Source of the DNA: a virus
Lineage: Duplodnaviria; Caudoviricetes
Reading direction: 5' to 3' (one strand)
DNA: 64,000 nt
IMG/VR virus record: IMGVR_UViG_2738541308_000001
Coordinates: 20,260-84,259 of that record
The first letter of the stretch is position 1, and each line of letters starts with the position of its first letter. The position numbers and the translations under genes were made by a program. The notes beneath the pieces were generated by a model, which was given only the letters and a program-made list of their open reading frames with translations, did not search any database and was not told the origin of the DNA. Of this stretch, positions 30,055 to 38,939 are shown one piece after another.

Positions 30055-30354
30055 TCAGCCCTTTTCTATGCGGTTCTTCCGCGCCTGTGACTTGCGTTCC
30101 TGTGCGACCTCTTTGGTGCGGGGTCGAGGAGCGGACTTATCGGAGTTGATAAGGCCGAGCTTGTTCAAGCGCAGTCTCAGAGTGTAGAGCGACAGGCTGG
30201 ATGCTTCGGTGATCTCATCCCAGGTCCACCCTTCCGGGTACACCTTTTTCAGGCTCTTGTTGATGCTCTCTTCGACCGCCTCGAGTTCCGCACGCAGCTC
30301 CCGCCGGCGCTCGCCGAGAGCGGTCAATGCGTCGATGTTCTTCCTCGATACCAT
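30055..30354 (-). CDS. Small HTH DNA-binding protein, candidate repressor
   Basis: GWTWDEITEASSLSLYTLR; leaderless promoter TTGCGG-17-TACGAT-7-ATG. Confidence 0.7.
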   Translation of the reverse strand: MVSRKNIDALTALGERRRELRAELEAVEESINKSLKKVYPEGWTWDEITEASSLSLYTLRLRLNKLGLINSDKSAPRPRTKEVAQERKSQARKNRIEKG

Positions 30355-30969
30355 GTCCGGGATCGTAGTCACGATCCTTCGGGGCCGCAATCTTCGTGAT
30401 GGGGCCATAGTCGCGGCCGGGGCGTATGTTCTCACGGGATCGTCGATATTCGGACGGTCGGAGCGGACTTCGATACGAGGCGCTCCGAGTGGTCAGCGTG
30501 ACGAGTGAGCGCAGACGCGAGTGTGCGTGCGGCTTTGGGGGAGAGGTCGACGAGCCCGTGAGGCATGGTCGCTGCCAAGGTCACCAACGGGGCTTCGTCG
30601 ATGCAATCCGAGGTGACGGTCACTTCGCACCCGAGAGTGCTCAGGACGGTGACTGGAGCCTCCTCCGACGGGGGATGGCTCGGAACTGCGGGCAGATGCG
30701 TGTCGTTTCGCATGGGTTGGGTACTCCGTGATCGCGCGTGTTCGTTTGTTTGAGGGGACATCAGGTCGGGCACCCAGGGAAGGTGTGGCCTGAACCACAG
30801 GTGTCTCTCCCGGTGGAATTAGACCACCTGCCGCCGACACCGAAAAATCCGACCCTTCGGACTTGGGGTCGTTGGCCGAGGCGACACCTCGAGGGCGCAT
30901 TCTAAGGGTTTGACCTGCGGATATGCTGCATGATGCTTGCATCATTCAACAGCTTCGTGAGGGTAGCCG

Positions 30970-31002
30970 AAAAGGCCCCCACACCTCTCCGGTGTGGGGC
31001 CT
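30970..31002 (-). terminator. Intrinsic terminator after DUF2786 gene
   Basis: GGCCCCACACC/GGTGTGGGGGCC hairpin followed by TTTT on minus strand. Confidence 0.7.
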
Positions 31003-31009
31003 GATCGAC

Positions 31010-31762
31010 TTACCCGATGGCCTGCCTTCCGGCGCCGACGCGGGTGTTCCCTACGTCGGCACGGTCACCTGCAGCATGGCCGGCTCGGTAACCTTCGCCG
31101 CGGCCGACGGAGCGCCCGCGACCCTGGCCGATCATTCCGGCGTACTTCTTGTACATCGCCGCCTGCGCTCGATCGAAGTCGCTCTTGAGCATCAGGGACG
31201 CTCCGGTGCCGCCGTTCTCACGGTCGTACGTCGACGCCGCATTGTCCTCGCTCTCCTGGATACGAGAACCGATGCGGTCCGCGAACCCGATCATGAATTC
31301 CGCGCGGTGTTCGGCGGTGAGGCGGGCTGAATCCTTCGGATCCCGTCCTGCGAACGGATTCGCTGGAATAGCTTGCGTTGCAGATGAAAGCAGCTGCGGC
31401 ATCAGGAGTTGGATCAAGAACTTCACGCGCTCGAGATGACGGGACAGCCCGAAAATCTGCAACACATGCTCACCATGCAGTTGAACGGCGTCGCAATGCA
31501 GGGACTTGGATACGCGATTGACCAGATACATCTTCTCGTAGCCGAACCGGTCACCGGTGTAGGTGAACGTTACCGCCTTCATTGTGTCGCCATCCACGTT
31601 GCCGGAACCGGCAGAACCACGGGCCATTGCTTCGTCGATGCCGTACTTCGCCAGGAGTTCGAATGCCTTCTCGCGCAACGTATCGGCCTCGAGTGTACCT
31701 TCGACCGAATCCGCCTTTGCGAACAGACCCTTGATCCTGTTGAGCATCTTGTTGTCAACCAT
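31010..31762 (-). CDS. DUF2786 domain protein
   Basis: RIKGLFAKA...EA....KAFELLAKYGID; GY.AG..AG..ADV. Confidence 0.85.
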   Translation of the reverse strand: MVDNKMLNRIKGLFAKADSVEGTLEADTLREKAFELLAKYGIDEAMARGSAGSGNVDGDTMKAVTFTYTGDRFGYEKMYLVNRVSKSLHCDAVQLHGEHVLQIFGLSRHLERVKFLIQLLMPQLLSSATQAIPANPFAGRDPKDSARLTAEHRAEFMIGFADRIGSRIQESEDNAASTYDRENGGTGASLMLKSDFDRAQAAMYKKYAGMIGQGRGRSVGRGEGYRAGHAAGDRADVGNTRVGAGRQAIG

Positions 31763-31885
31763 TGTGCGTGTCCTAACCTTTCGAGACTGAGGGTGAATTC
31801 CGAACGTCAGGGTGGGCACCGGGGACGGGTGCCCACCCTTGCTCCGGCGAGTGCCAGCTCGCCGGAGCCCACTGTCGAACGATGG

Positions 31886-32407
31886 TCACTCTTCGATGAC
31901 TTCTTCTGCGGTGACTCCCGATTGGGGAGCGTCATCGCCGTCATCGTCGAGGTCGATGGTCTGCTGGCCGGCGTTCTTTCCGTCACCGATTGCCTTCTGC
32001 CGGCTCTTACGCTTCGGCTTTGGGGCCTCGATCGGATTGAACATCCATTCAGCGGTGTGATTGCCCAGGTAGTTGATCAGCAGATCAGAACTCTTGAAGT
32101 CGATCGCTGCGCCGTCGGCGCCGATCTTCTTCTTGAGGTACCCGGTTTGTTCTGCGATGCAGAACCATTCACCACCGACGTGTTCCCATACGAGTTGGAT
32201 TTCACGGGCCTTACCTTCGGGAGATCCGTCGGCTTTGACCTTGTGTGCGCGGACGGTGATCCGCGCAACCACCTCGTTGACCACGCTGTGTTCGACGGTG
32301 TAACTCCAGCCCATGAGGAGCATCGCTCCGAGCACGTTCGTGAAGTCGTCCGGAAGGGTCTCAGTCTTGAAAACCGGGACATACGCTTCGGTGGACTTGC
32401 TGGACAT
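31886..32407 (-). CDS. Hypothetical protein
   Basis: GAAAGGGG RBS. Confidence 0.75.
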   Translation of the reverse strand: MSSKSTEAYVPVFKTETLPDDFTNVLGAMLLMGWSYTVEHSVVNEVVARITVRAHKVKADGSPEGKAREIQLVWEHVGGEWFCIAEQTGYLKKKIGADGAAIDFKSSDLLINYLGNHTAEWMFNPIEAPKPKRKSRQKAIGDGKNAGQQTIDLDDDGDDAPQSGVTAEEVIEE

Positions 32408-32477
32408 AATGGTCCCCTTTCCGAGGGATCATCGGCAGCAACACCATTGGGCATTGCTGCCTTGTGGTTGTGGGTGT

Positions 32478-32506
32478 CTCACGCTATTGAGTTCTCAAAG
32501 ATCATG
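32478..32506 (-). promoter_or_regulatory. boxA-like antitermination motif
   Basis: Minus strand CATGATCTTTGAGAACTCAATAGCGTGAG. Confidence 0.65.
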
Positions 32507-32679
32507 TGCTCGAGGGTTTCTCCCCTGGCCTATTCAGGGTTCCCAAGAGCCGGCATTCAGACTTGTGACGATATGAAGTTGTTGGGACAGACCAACACTG
32601 AGGTTTTCCAGACTCTGAGCTGGTATCCAGATTGCTTGCCAGCTGGCCTGTGTTGCTGGCCCCTACTGGCTTGCTGATG

Positions 32680-32713
32680 CATAGTTTGCCCTATGGGGGC
32701 ATAATCTGTCAAC
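32680..32713 (-). promoter_or_regulatory. Leftward promoter/operator, near copy of 6466-6499
   Basis: TTGACA-18nt-CAAACT with CTATG-N4-CATAA operator. Confidence 0.7.
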
Positions 32714-32948
32714 CCTGCAGGTGGGAGGCTATTTCTGGGGCAATTTATGGGCCTTGTTGACCTCTCAGGGCTGTGAACTGCCCCTTGGGCTGCACTGCAC
32801 CACTGGCCAACCTCAGGGATGGGTGGTCCTGGCCCTGAGATCAATTCTCAGAGCCTGTGAGTCACTATGGGTACATAGTGCCCAGAATGGCCCAAGGATT
32901 GCCCAGGGCCTCCCTCAGGGGCATTAATTGCAATAGTTGTAACAGAGC

Positions 32949-32978
32949 TTGCACTATTGGGGCATAGTGACCTAATGT
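32949..32978 (+). promoter_or_regulatory. Rightward promoter with operator CACTATT-GGGG-CATAGTG
   Basis: TTGCAC-18nt-TAATGT; additional operator at 32863-32880. Confidence 0.65.
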
Positions 32979-33128
32979 CAGGGGCACACCAGCTAGTCAA
33001 GCTGGCCCAGGGGGCAAGTGCCCCAGGGGAACATCCCAAACCAGTGAGGTCACTCATGGGAGAACATCACCCAAATGTCACCACAGCCCAGCCGGCCCAA
33101 CACCTCCCCAGCGAGACAGGGGAGTGAG

Positions 33129-33320
33129 ATGAAAAAGATCAGAGTCATCTGGGAAGAACACAGCACACACCAGCAGGAGTTCGACGTTCCGGACGACTTC
33201 GCAGTCGAACCACACGAAGAGGGATACGACCTCAGCAACGCGCTCGCCAGCCTCGTAGACGAGCGCGGCGACGGATTCCTGGGACTCGAACGCACCGTAA
33301 TCGACGTGACCGAGCTATGA
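33129..33320 (+). CDS. Small acidic hypothetical protein
   Basis: AGGGGAG RBS. Confidence 0.7.
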   Translation: MKKIRVIWEEHSTHQQEFDVPDDFAVEPHEEGYDLSNALASLVDERGDGFLGLERTVIDVTEL

Positions 33321-33631
33321 GCGACCAAACGACAGTCGCCGTCATCGAATACACCGATCACCACGGTGAAGTCAGATACTTCGACGACGGAGTCTGGGCT
33401 GACATCGAACTACCGAGCATCCGTGCGCACGCCGGCAGATACCTGTTCACCAACGAATCTCTCACCTGCACCGGCGACCACAAAAACGGAAGTTTCACCG
33501 TCGACTTCGGTGGCGGAGAAACGATTTGGTACGCATGGCGACTGCTGACCCTCGACGCACAGGACGCCGCGAACACCAGAATCATCGGTTGCGATTCCGA
33601 CGCGACTGTGACTGAACGGAGCACCACATGA
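33317..33631 (+). CDS. Hypothetical protein
   Basis: Coupled ORF. Confidence 0.65.
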   Translation: MSDQTTVAVIEYTDHHGEVRYFDDGVWADIELPSIRAHAGRYLFTNESLTCTGDHKNGSFTVDFGGGETIWYAWRLLTLDAQDAANTRIIGCDSDATVTERSTT

Positions 33632-34395
33632 TCGAACTCGACGGAATCACCCCGTCGAAGCAGATGCTCGACGACCTCGCAGCGGAAGGTCGACCCGTCA
33701 TCCTCAACTTCTCCCGCGGCAAAGACTCAGTCGCCGTCTGGATCGAACTCGAACGACGAAACATGCAGGTCATCCCGATCCACAAGTCGATCGTGCCGGG
33801 ACTGAAGTTCGTCGAGGACGATCTCAAACGCTACGAAGACTATTTTCAAACACATATCGTCGACCTGCCGGCAGATGCGTTCTACCGCATGCTCAACAAC
33901 CTCACCTTCCAGCCGCCCGAACGCTGCGCGATCATCGAAGCTGCAGGATTCCCGTCGCCGACACGCGAAGAGTGGGACATGCTCATGCGCGACAACTTCG
34001 CCGAGGACGACACCTGGATCCTCGACGGCGTGCGGGCAACAGACTCCGCCCAAAGGCGAATGGCGATCATGCGCCACGGCCCGATCAAACACCGCACCCG
34101 ACGCCAGTCCGTCATCTGGGACTGGGGCATCGCAGACGTGCGACGGGCGATCAAGGACCGCGGCATCACACTCGGCCCCGACTACGAGTGGTTCGGCAAA
34201 TACCTCGCCGGAAAAGTGAACCCCAGACACAGAGGCGGGCTCGACGGCAACGGTCGGTCCTTCGACGGAATTCGCTACGACTTCCTCAAGCCGATCCGCG
34301 ACCACGCCCCCGACGACTACCAGCGAATCCTGCACTGGTTCCCGCTGGCTGAACTCGAACTGATGAGAATGGACATGATCAATGGCTCTGTCTGA
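33628..34395 (+). CDS. PAPS reductase-like / PP-loop ATPase
   Basis: LNFSRGKDS PP-loop, GVRATDS..RR, IWDW. Confidence 0.85.
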   Translation: MIELDGITPSKQMLDDLAAEGRPVILNFSRGKDSVAVWIELERRNMQVIPIHKSIVPGLKFVEDDLKRYEDYFQTHIVDLPADAFYRMLNNLTFQPPERCAIIEAAGFPSPTREEWDMLMRDNFAEDDTWILDGVRATDSAQRRMAIMRHGPIKHRTRRQSVIWDWGIADVRRAIKDRGITLGPDYEWFGKYLAGKVNPRHRGGLDGNGRSFDGIRYDFLKPIRDHAPDDYQRILHWFPLAELELMRMDMINGSV

Positions 34396-34762
34396 CGAAG
34401 TGAAAGCAAAGCTCAAAGCCGGAGGCAATCGCGCGAAGTTCTCCCGCGCAGACGTCGTCTCCGCCTTGAAAGCGAAACCCCACCCCGACCCCCTCGCCGA
34501 CGTCGAATACACCGACGACATCGAGCACGACACGAAGGCCGAACTCAACGCGCTCGGCAAAGGCTTGTCCGGAGCGTCGAAAGAGTGGGCTGAACAGTTC
34601 GGCCAGATGAACGACTCCGAGTACTGGGTCGCACTGTGCTTCAAGAACCGTGCAGCGAAAGATGCCTTCCTCGCCAGCGCCGGCGTGCTCGAACTAGGGG
34701 ACAAGTACCTCGACGGTCACAAAGCCGCAGAGATCCTCGGAATCGAATTCGAGGGCCGGTAA
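34382..34762 (+). CDS. Conserved hypothetical partner of PAPS reductase-like gene
   Basis: DSEYWVALCF...GDKYLDG; overlaps upstream gene. Confidence 0.8.
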   Translation: MALSDEVKAKLKAGGNRAKFSRADVVSALKAKPHPDPLADVEYTDDIEHDTKAELNALGKGLSGASKEWAEQFGQMNDSEYWVALCFKNRAAKDAFLASAGVLELGDKYLDGHKAAEILGIEFEGR

Positions 34763-34891
34763 CCACCGACTTCCCCACCCGGGCAACCGGGTTGCGGGTT
34801 GACCAAAAGCCCACCAGCAGCTGAAAGCCCCGAGTCGCCGAAGTGTCTCGGGGCTTTCTGCTGCCCGGATCACAGGAAAGGAGGGGTGACC

Positions 34892-35014
34892 ATGCGTAAT
34901 GCAGCCCGTCGTCTCGGCCAGCGCATCTCCGGTGTTTTCAACCGAATCACTGGCCGTAACCGCAACCGCACCGCCGCAAGCCCGGCAGCCGGTTCTCTCA
35001 GCGGTTCGACCTAA
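34892..35014 (+). CDS. 40-aa Arg-rich peptide
   Basis: Strong RBS AAAGGAGGGG; MRNAARRLGQRISGVFNRITGRNRNRTAASPAAGSLSGST. Confidence 0.7.
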   Translation: MRNAARRLGQRISGVFNRITGRNRNRTAASPAAGSLSGST

Positions 35015-35114
35015 GAGGTCAGGCGTTGGTCGCGTGCTTGAAATGTGCACCGACCGACGTCACAACCCGTCCCCACAACTGAACAATCGAGCCGACTCTG
35101 ACGGGAGGGCCAAC

Positions 35115-35465
35115 ATGAGCAGCCCGGAGCTTTCCGTAGTTTCCCTGCGCCCCAACCACAAACCACCTGAGCCCACTTCATCGGACGCGCCACCGGAGAC
35201 ACCAGAGTGGCTGACCGACATCGGCAAACAGACGTGGGCACGGTTGGCCCCCTTGTTCAATCTCACGCCCGCTGACATCGACGAATTCGCCGCCTACTGC
35301 GAGGCGATCGCCGAATATCAGGAATCGACCGTCATCATCGCCGAAGCTGGACTGCTCATCATCGACCCTGCGTCGGGCATGCCGATTCCGAACCCGATTC
35401 AGGCCGTTCGTGATCGAGCGGACCGCAAACTCGCATTTTGGGCCGGCCGCTTTCGAGGCGCGTGA
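35115..35465 (+). CDS. P27-family terminase small subunit-like protein
   Basis: PEWL...GKQTWARL, D...FAAYCEA, PNP. Confidence 0.75.
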   Translation: MSSPELSVVSLRPNHKPPEPTSSDAPPETPEWLTDIGKQTWARLAPLFNLTPADIDEFAAYCEAIAEYQESTVIIAEAGLLIIDPASGMPIPNPIQAVRDRADRKLAFWAGRFRGA

Positions 35466-35468
35466 TAC

Positions 35469-36107
35469 ATGGCTCCGCTTCCACCCGCGTCTCGATCGCG
35501 GACAACTCGCCCGAAGAAGGGCACGAAGAAGCCGGACCTCACACAGGCTGAACGCGACAAGATCGCTGCGTTGCATGCACAGGGCAAGGGACGCAACGAG
35601 ATAGCGCGCGAGATCGGCCGGTCCGCGTACTCGGTCACCAAGGTCGCCAAGGAACTCGGGCTTTCATTCGACGAAGCTGCGACGGTCGAAGCGACAGCCG
35701 CTCGCGTCGCGAAGATGAAGGCCCGCCGAGTCGACCTCGCCGAGCAACTTCTCGACGACGTCGTCAAGCTCCGTGAGCGCCTGTGGTCCCCACACAACTA
35801 CTACGAACGCGGCCAGGACGCCATGATCCCGGTGACCTTGCCGCTGCCCCCGCTGCGCGACGCCCGCGACGGCTACGCCGCACTGCAGATCGCGCTTAAA
35901 GGCCACATGGATCTCATTGCTGGCTCTACCGATTCGTCGGTCGAGGACAAGCGGTCCGTGCTCGCCAATCTCATCGATCGCATCAAGACGGTCGTCGACG
36001 AGGACAAGAAGAACGGTGCGCCGCCGCCGGACACATCAGTGCCCGTCAACGACGAAGCCGGTACCGCCGCAGAGCAGAAGGAGGTGGCGGGTGACGACGT
36101 TCAATGA
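35469..36107 (+). CDS. HTH protein, probable terminase small subunit
   Basis: LHAQGKGRNEIAREIGRS; directly upstream of TerL. Confidence 0.75.
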   Translation: MAPLPPASRSRTTRPKKGTKKPDLTQAERDKIAALHAQGKGRNEIAREIGRSAYSVTKVAKELGLSFDEAATVEATAARVAKMKARRVDLAEQLLDDVVKLRERLWSPHNYYERGQDAMIPVTLPLPPLRDARDGYAALQIALKGHMDLIAGSTDSSVEDKRSVLANLIDRIKTVVDEDKKNGAPPPDTSVPVNDEAGTAAEQKEVAGDDVQ

Positions 36108-37374
36108 CCTGCCACTGTCGCGGAAGCAGCTCTACTCGATAGCCGAGGCCGAAGCCCGCATCAACATCTGGGAAGGCGCAATCCGGTCCGGAAAGACCTT
36201 CGGCTCGATGATGCGGTGGCTGATGTTCTTGTCGAACCCGCCAGGGGGCGGACAGTTCGTCATGGTCGGGCGTACCCGCGAATCCCTCGCTCGCAACGTT
36301 ATCTCACCGATGCAGGATCCCGACATCTTCGGGGAATTCGCCGACACCGTCCACTACGTCACAGGCGCGCCGTCTGCGACGATCCTGGGTCGCCGCGTCT
36401 ACATGCTCGGTGCGTCGGACGCGAAGGCGGAGAAGTCCCTTCGAGGGCTCACCGTTGCCGGTGCCTACGCCGACGAAATCACCGTTATCCGGTCGGACTT
36501 CTTCCATCAGCTACTCGGTCGTATGTCTGTCACCGGCGCGAAGTTGTTCGGAACGACGAACCCCGACAACCCGATGCACTGGCTCAAGGCCGAGTATCTC
36601 GACCGACTGCATGAGCTTCCAGACTGGCGCAGTTGGCATTTCACGCTCGACGACAACCCTGCATTGTCCGAGGACTACAAGAACTCGATCAAGCGCGAGT
36701 ACACAGGCCTCTGGTACCGCCGCTTCATCCTCGGTCACTGGGTCGCAGCGGACGGCGCCGTCTACGACATGTGGGAGCCGTCCAAGCACGTCGTGCGGTG
36801 GCAGGACCTACCGCAGATGGTGGAACTGTTCGGCGTCGGAGTGGATTACGGCACCACGAATCCCACCGTGGCGTTGTTGCTCGGCGTGGGTGCCGACGGC
36901 GTGCTTTACCTGATCGACGAATGGTCGTACACGCCACGATCGGACGCCACCCGATGGACCGACGCGCAACTTTCCCGCGGCCTGCGTGACTGGCTCGCGG
37001 AAGGTCACCTGCCGTACCCGACGCGAATGCCTCCCGGGCCGGTCATCGTCGACCCCGCTGCGGCGTCGTTCCGGGTTCAGCTCCTCCAGGACGAACTCCC
37101 GACGTATGCGGCCGAAAACGATGTGCTGTATGGGATTCGGACCATCGCAACGTTGCTCTCGACTGGAAAGCTGAAGGTCACCGATCGCTGCAAGACCTTC
37201 ATGACCGAGGTCGCCGGTTACTCGTGGGACACGCAAGCAACATCCGAGGGCTACGACCAGCCCATTAAGTCTGCGGATCACGCGCTCGACGCTGCCCGCT
37301 ACGCCATCGTCACCACCGAAAAGCGGTGGCGGCGCTACGTCGATGTGAACGGAGGCGAGTATGCCGCTTCCTGA
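36091..37374 (+). CDS. terL: Terminase large subunit
   Basis: GAIRSGKT Walker A, YADE Walker B, TTNP, GVDYG, DHALDAARY. Confidence 0.95.
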   Translation: MTTFNDLPLSRKQLYSIAEAEARINIWEGAIRSGKTFGSMMRWLMFLSNPPGGGQFVMVGRTRESLARNVISPMQDPDIFGEFADTVHYVTGAPSATILGRRVYMLGASDAKAEKSLRGLTVAGAYADEITVIRSDFFHQLLGRMSVTGAKLFGTTNPDNPMHWLKAEYLDRLHELPDWRSWHFTLDDNPALSEDYKNSIKREYTGLWYRRFILGHWVAADGAVYDMWEPSKHVVRWQDLPQMVELFGVGVDYGTTNPTVALLLGVGADGVLYLIDEWSYTPRSDATRWTDAQLSRGLRDWLAEGHLPYPTRMPPGPVIVDPAAASFRVQLLQDELPTYAAENDVLYGIRTIATLLSTGKLKVTDRCKTFMTEVAGYSWDTQATSEGYDQPIKSADHALDAARYAIVTTEKRWRRYVDVNGGEYAAS

Positions 37375-38920
37375 GAAGTCCACCGAATGGCCGCCGAAAC
37401 CTTTCGACCGCGCGCAGAAAGAAATGCGCACCTGGAATGCGTGGTACACCGGCAACGTCGAGGTGCTAGAAGAAATCTACCGGGAAAATAACCGGCAGCG
37501 CCCATCTCAGTACGCCGGGGGAGTCGTCGGGAAGTTGGCTCGATTCTTCTGGGGTCGGCCAAATCCCCAGCAGTCGCACCGACTTCACGTACCCGCAGCG
37601 TCCGACCTCGCCCGAGCTTCGGCGGACCTGTTGTTCGCGCAGCCACCGATGTTCGTGGTCGGAGAGGACGATGCGCGTGGTGATCATCAGGCAACGCAGG
37701 ACCGTCTGCAGAAGCTCTTCGGTGAAGACGATGCCGCAGCGACACTGGCGGAGTCCGCTGAAGTGGCGTCCGCGTTGGGTGGCACGTACCTGCGCTGGTG
37801 GTGGGACAAGGAAGTCGCTGACAAGGTCAAGCTCGGGGCAGTCGCCGCTGACGCAGCGGTCCCGACATGGAAGTACGACCAACTGGCAGGGGTGACGTTT
37901 TGGACCGTCGTGAACGACGACAACGACACGGTCTACCGACACCTCGAGCGGCATGAGCCGGGGCGAATCCTGCACGGCCTCTACGAAGGTGACCGGGGCC
38001 GTCTGGGCAGAGCCGTTCCACTGACCGAGCACTCGTCGACGTCATGGGCAGCTGACCTAGTCGACAGTGAAGGTGCCATCGAAACTGGCATCGACGCGCT
38101 GACGGCAACGTACATCCCGAATGTGCGTCCCAACCGGAAGTGGCGACCGATCCACGGGCTCTCCCCGCTCGGCCGGTCCGATTTCGACGGGTTGGAGCCG
38201 CTCTTCGACGCGCTCGACGAGTCTTACAGCTCGTGGATGCGTGACATCGACCTCGGTAAGGCGCGGCTGTTCGTCGACGAATCGATGCTCAAGCCACTCG
38301 GTCCCGGTAAGGGATCAGCCTGGGACGGTGAGCAATCGATCTTCACGCCGATGGCATCCGGGCTCGGTTCGATGCAGAACGGCAACGCGCCAGTTCAGGC
38401 GAACCAATTCACGATCCGGTGGCAGGAACACGCCAACACGTGCGCGGAACTTCTGAATGCGATCCTGCGAGGCGCTGGCCTGTCGGCGGGATCGTTCTCG
38501 GACAATTCCCTCACAGCCTCTACCGGTGCCGCGACGGCAACTGAGGTCAACTCCCGTGACCGTTTGTCGGAACGTACTCGGGACAAGAAGATCAACTACT
38601 ACAAGGCCGGTCTTCGCCCGTTCGCGCGGGCAGGGTTCGAACTCGACAACATCCAATTCGGAACAGGTCTCGAGCTGAAGGACATGCCGGAGATCCGGTT
38701 TCCGATTCGGCCGCAGCAAAGCCCGGTCGAGTTGGCCCAGACGCTCGGAACATTGTCGGCGGCCAATGGCGTCTCGGTCGAACAGATGGTTCGCCAACAG
38801 CACCCGAACTGGTCGAGTGACGACGTCAACGACGAGGTCGACCGGATCTGGAAGGACGTCGAGCGCAAGGCGAAGCTGGCGTACGTCGCCGAACCCGACG
38901 TTCCGGACAGCGAGTACTGA
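37361..38920 (+). CDS. Portal protein
   Basis: After TerL; LGRSDF, SSWMRD, TATEV motifs; 519 aa. Confidence 0.92.
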   Translation: MPLPEKSTEWPPKPFDRAQKEMRTWNAWYTGNVEVLEEIYRENNRQRPSQYAGGVVGKLARFFWGRPNPQQSHRLHVPAASDLARASADLLFAQPPMFVVGEDDARGDHQATQDRLQKLFGEDDAAATLAESAEVASALGGTYLRWWWDKEVADKVKLGAVAADAAVPTWKYDQLAGVTFWTVVNDDNDTVYRHLERHEPGRILHGLYEGDRGRLGRAVPLTEHSSTSWAADLVDSEGAIETGIDALTATYIPNVRPNRKWRPIHGLSPLGRSDFDGLEPLFDALDESYSSWMRDIDLGKARLFVDESMLKPLGPGKGSAWDGEQSIFTPMASGLGSMQNGNAPVQANQFTIRWQEHANTCAELLNAILRGAGLSAGSFSDNSLTASTGAATATEVNSRDRLSERTRDKKINYYKAGLRPFARAGFELDNIQFGTGLELKDMPEIRFPIRPQQSPVELAQTLGTLSAANGVSVEQMVRQQHPNWSSDDVNDEVDRIWKDVERKAKLAYVAEPDVPDSEY

Positions 38921-38939
38921 TCTTCGGGGGTGACGGCTG

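Noticed and set aside
32557-33057. ORFs within the CG-free island
   Set aside because: Atypical codon usage and overlap with promoters/operators
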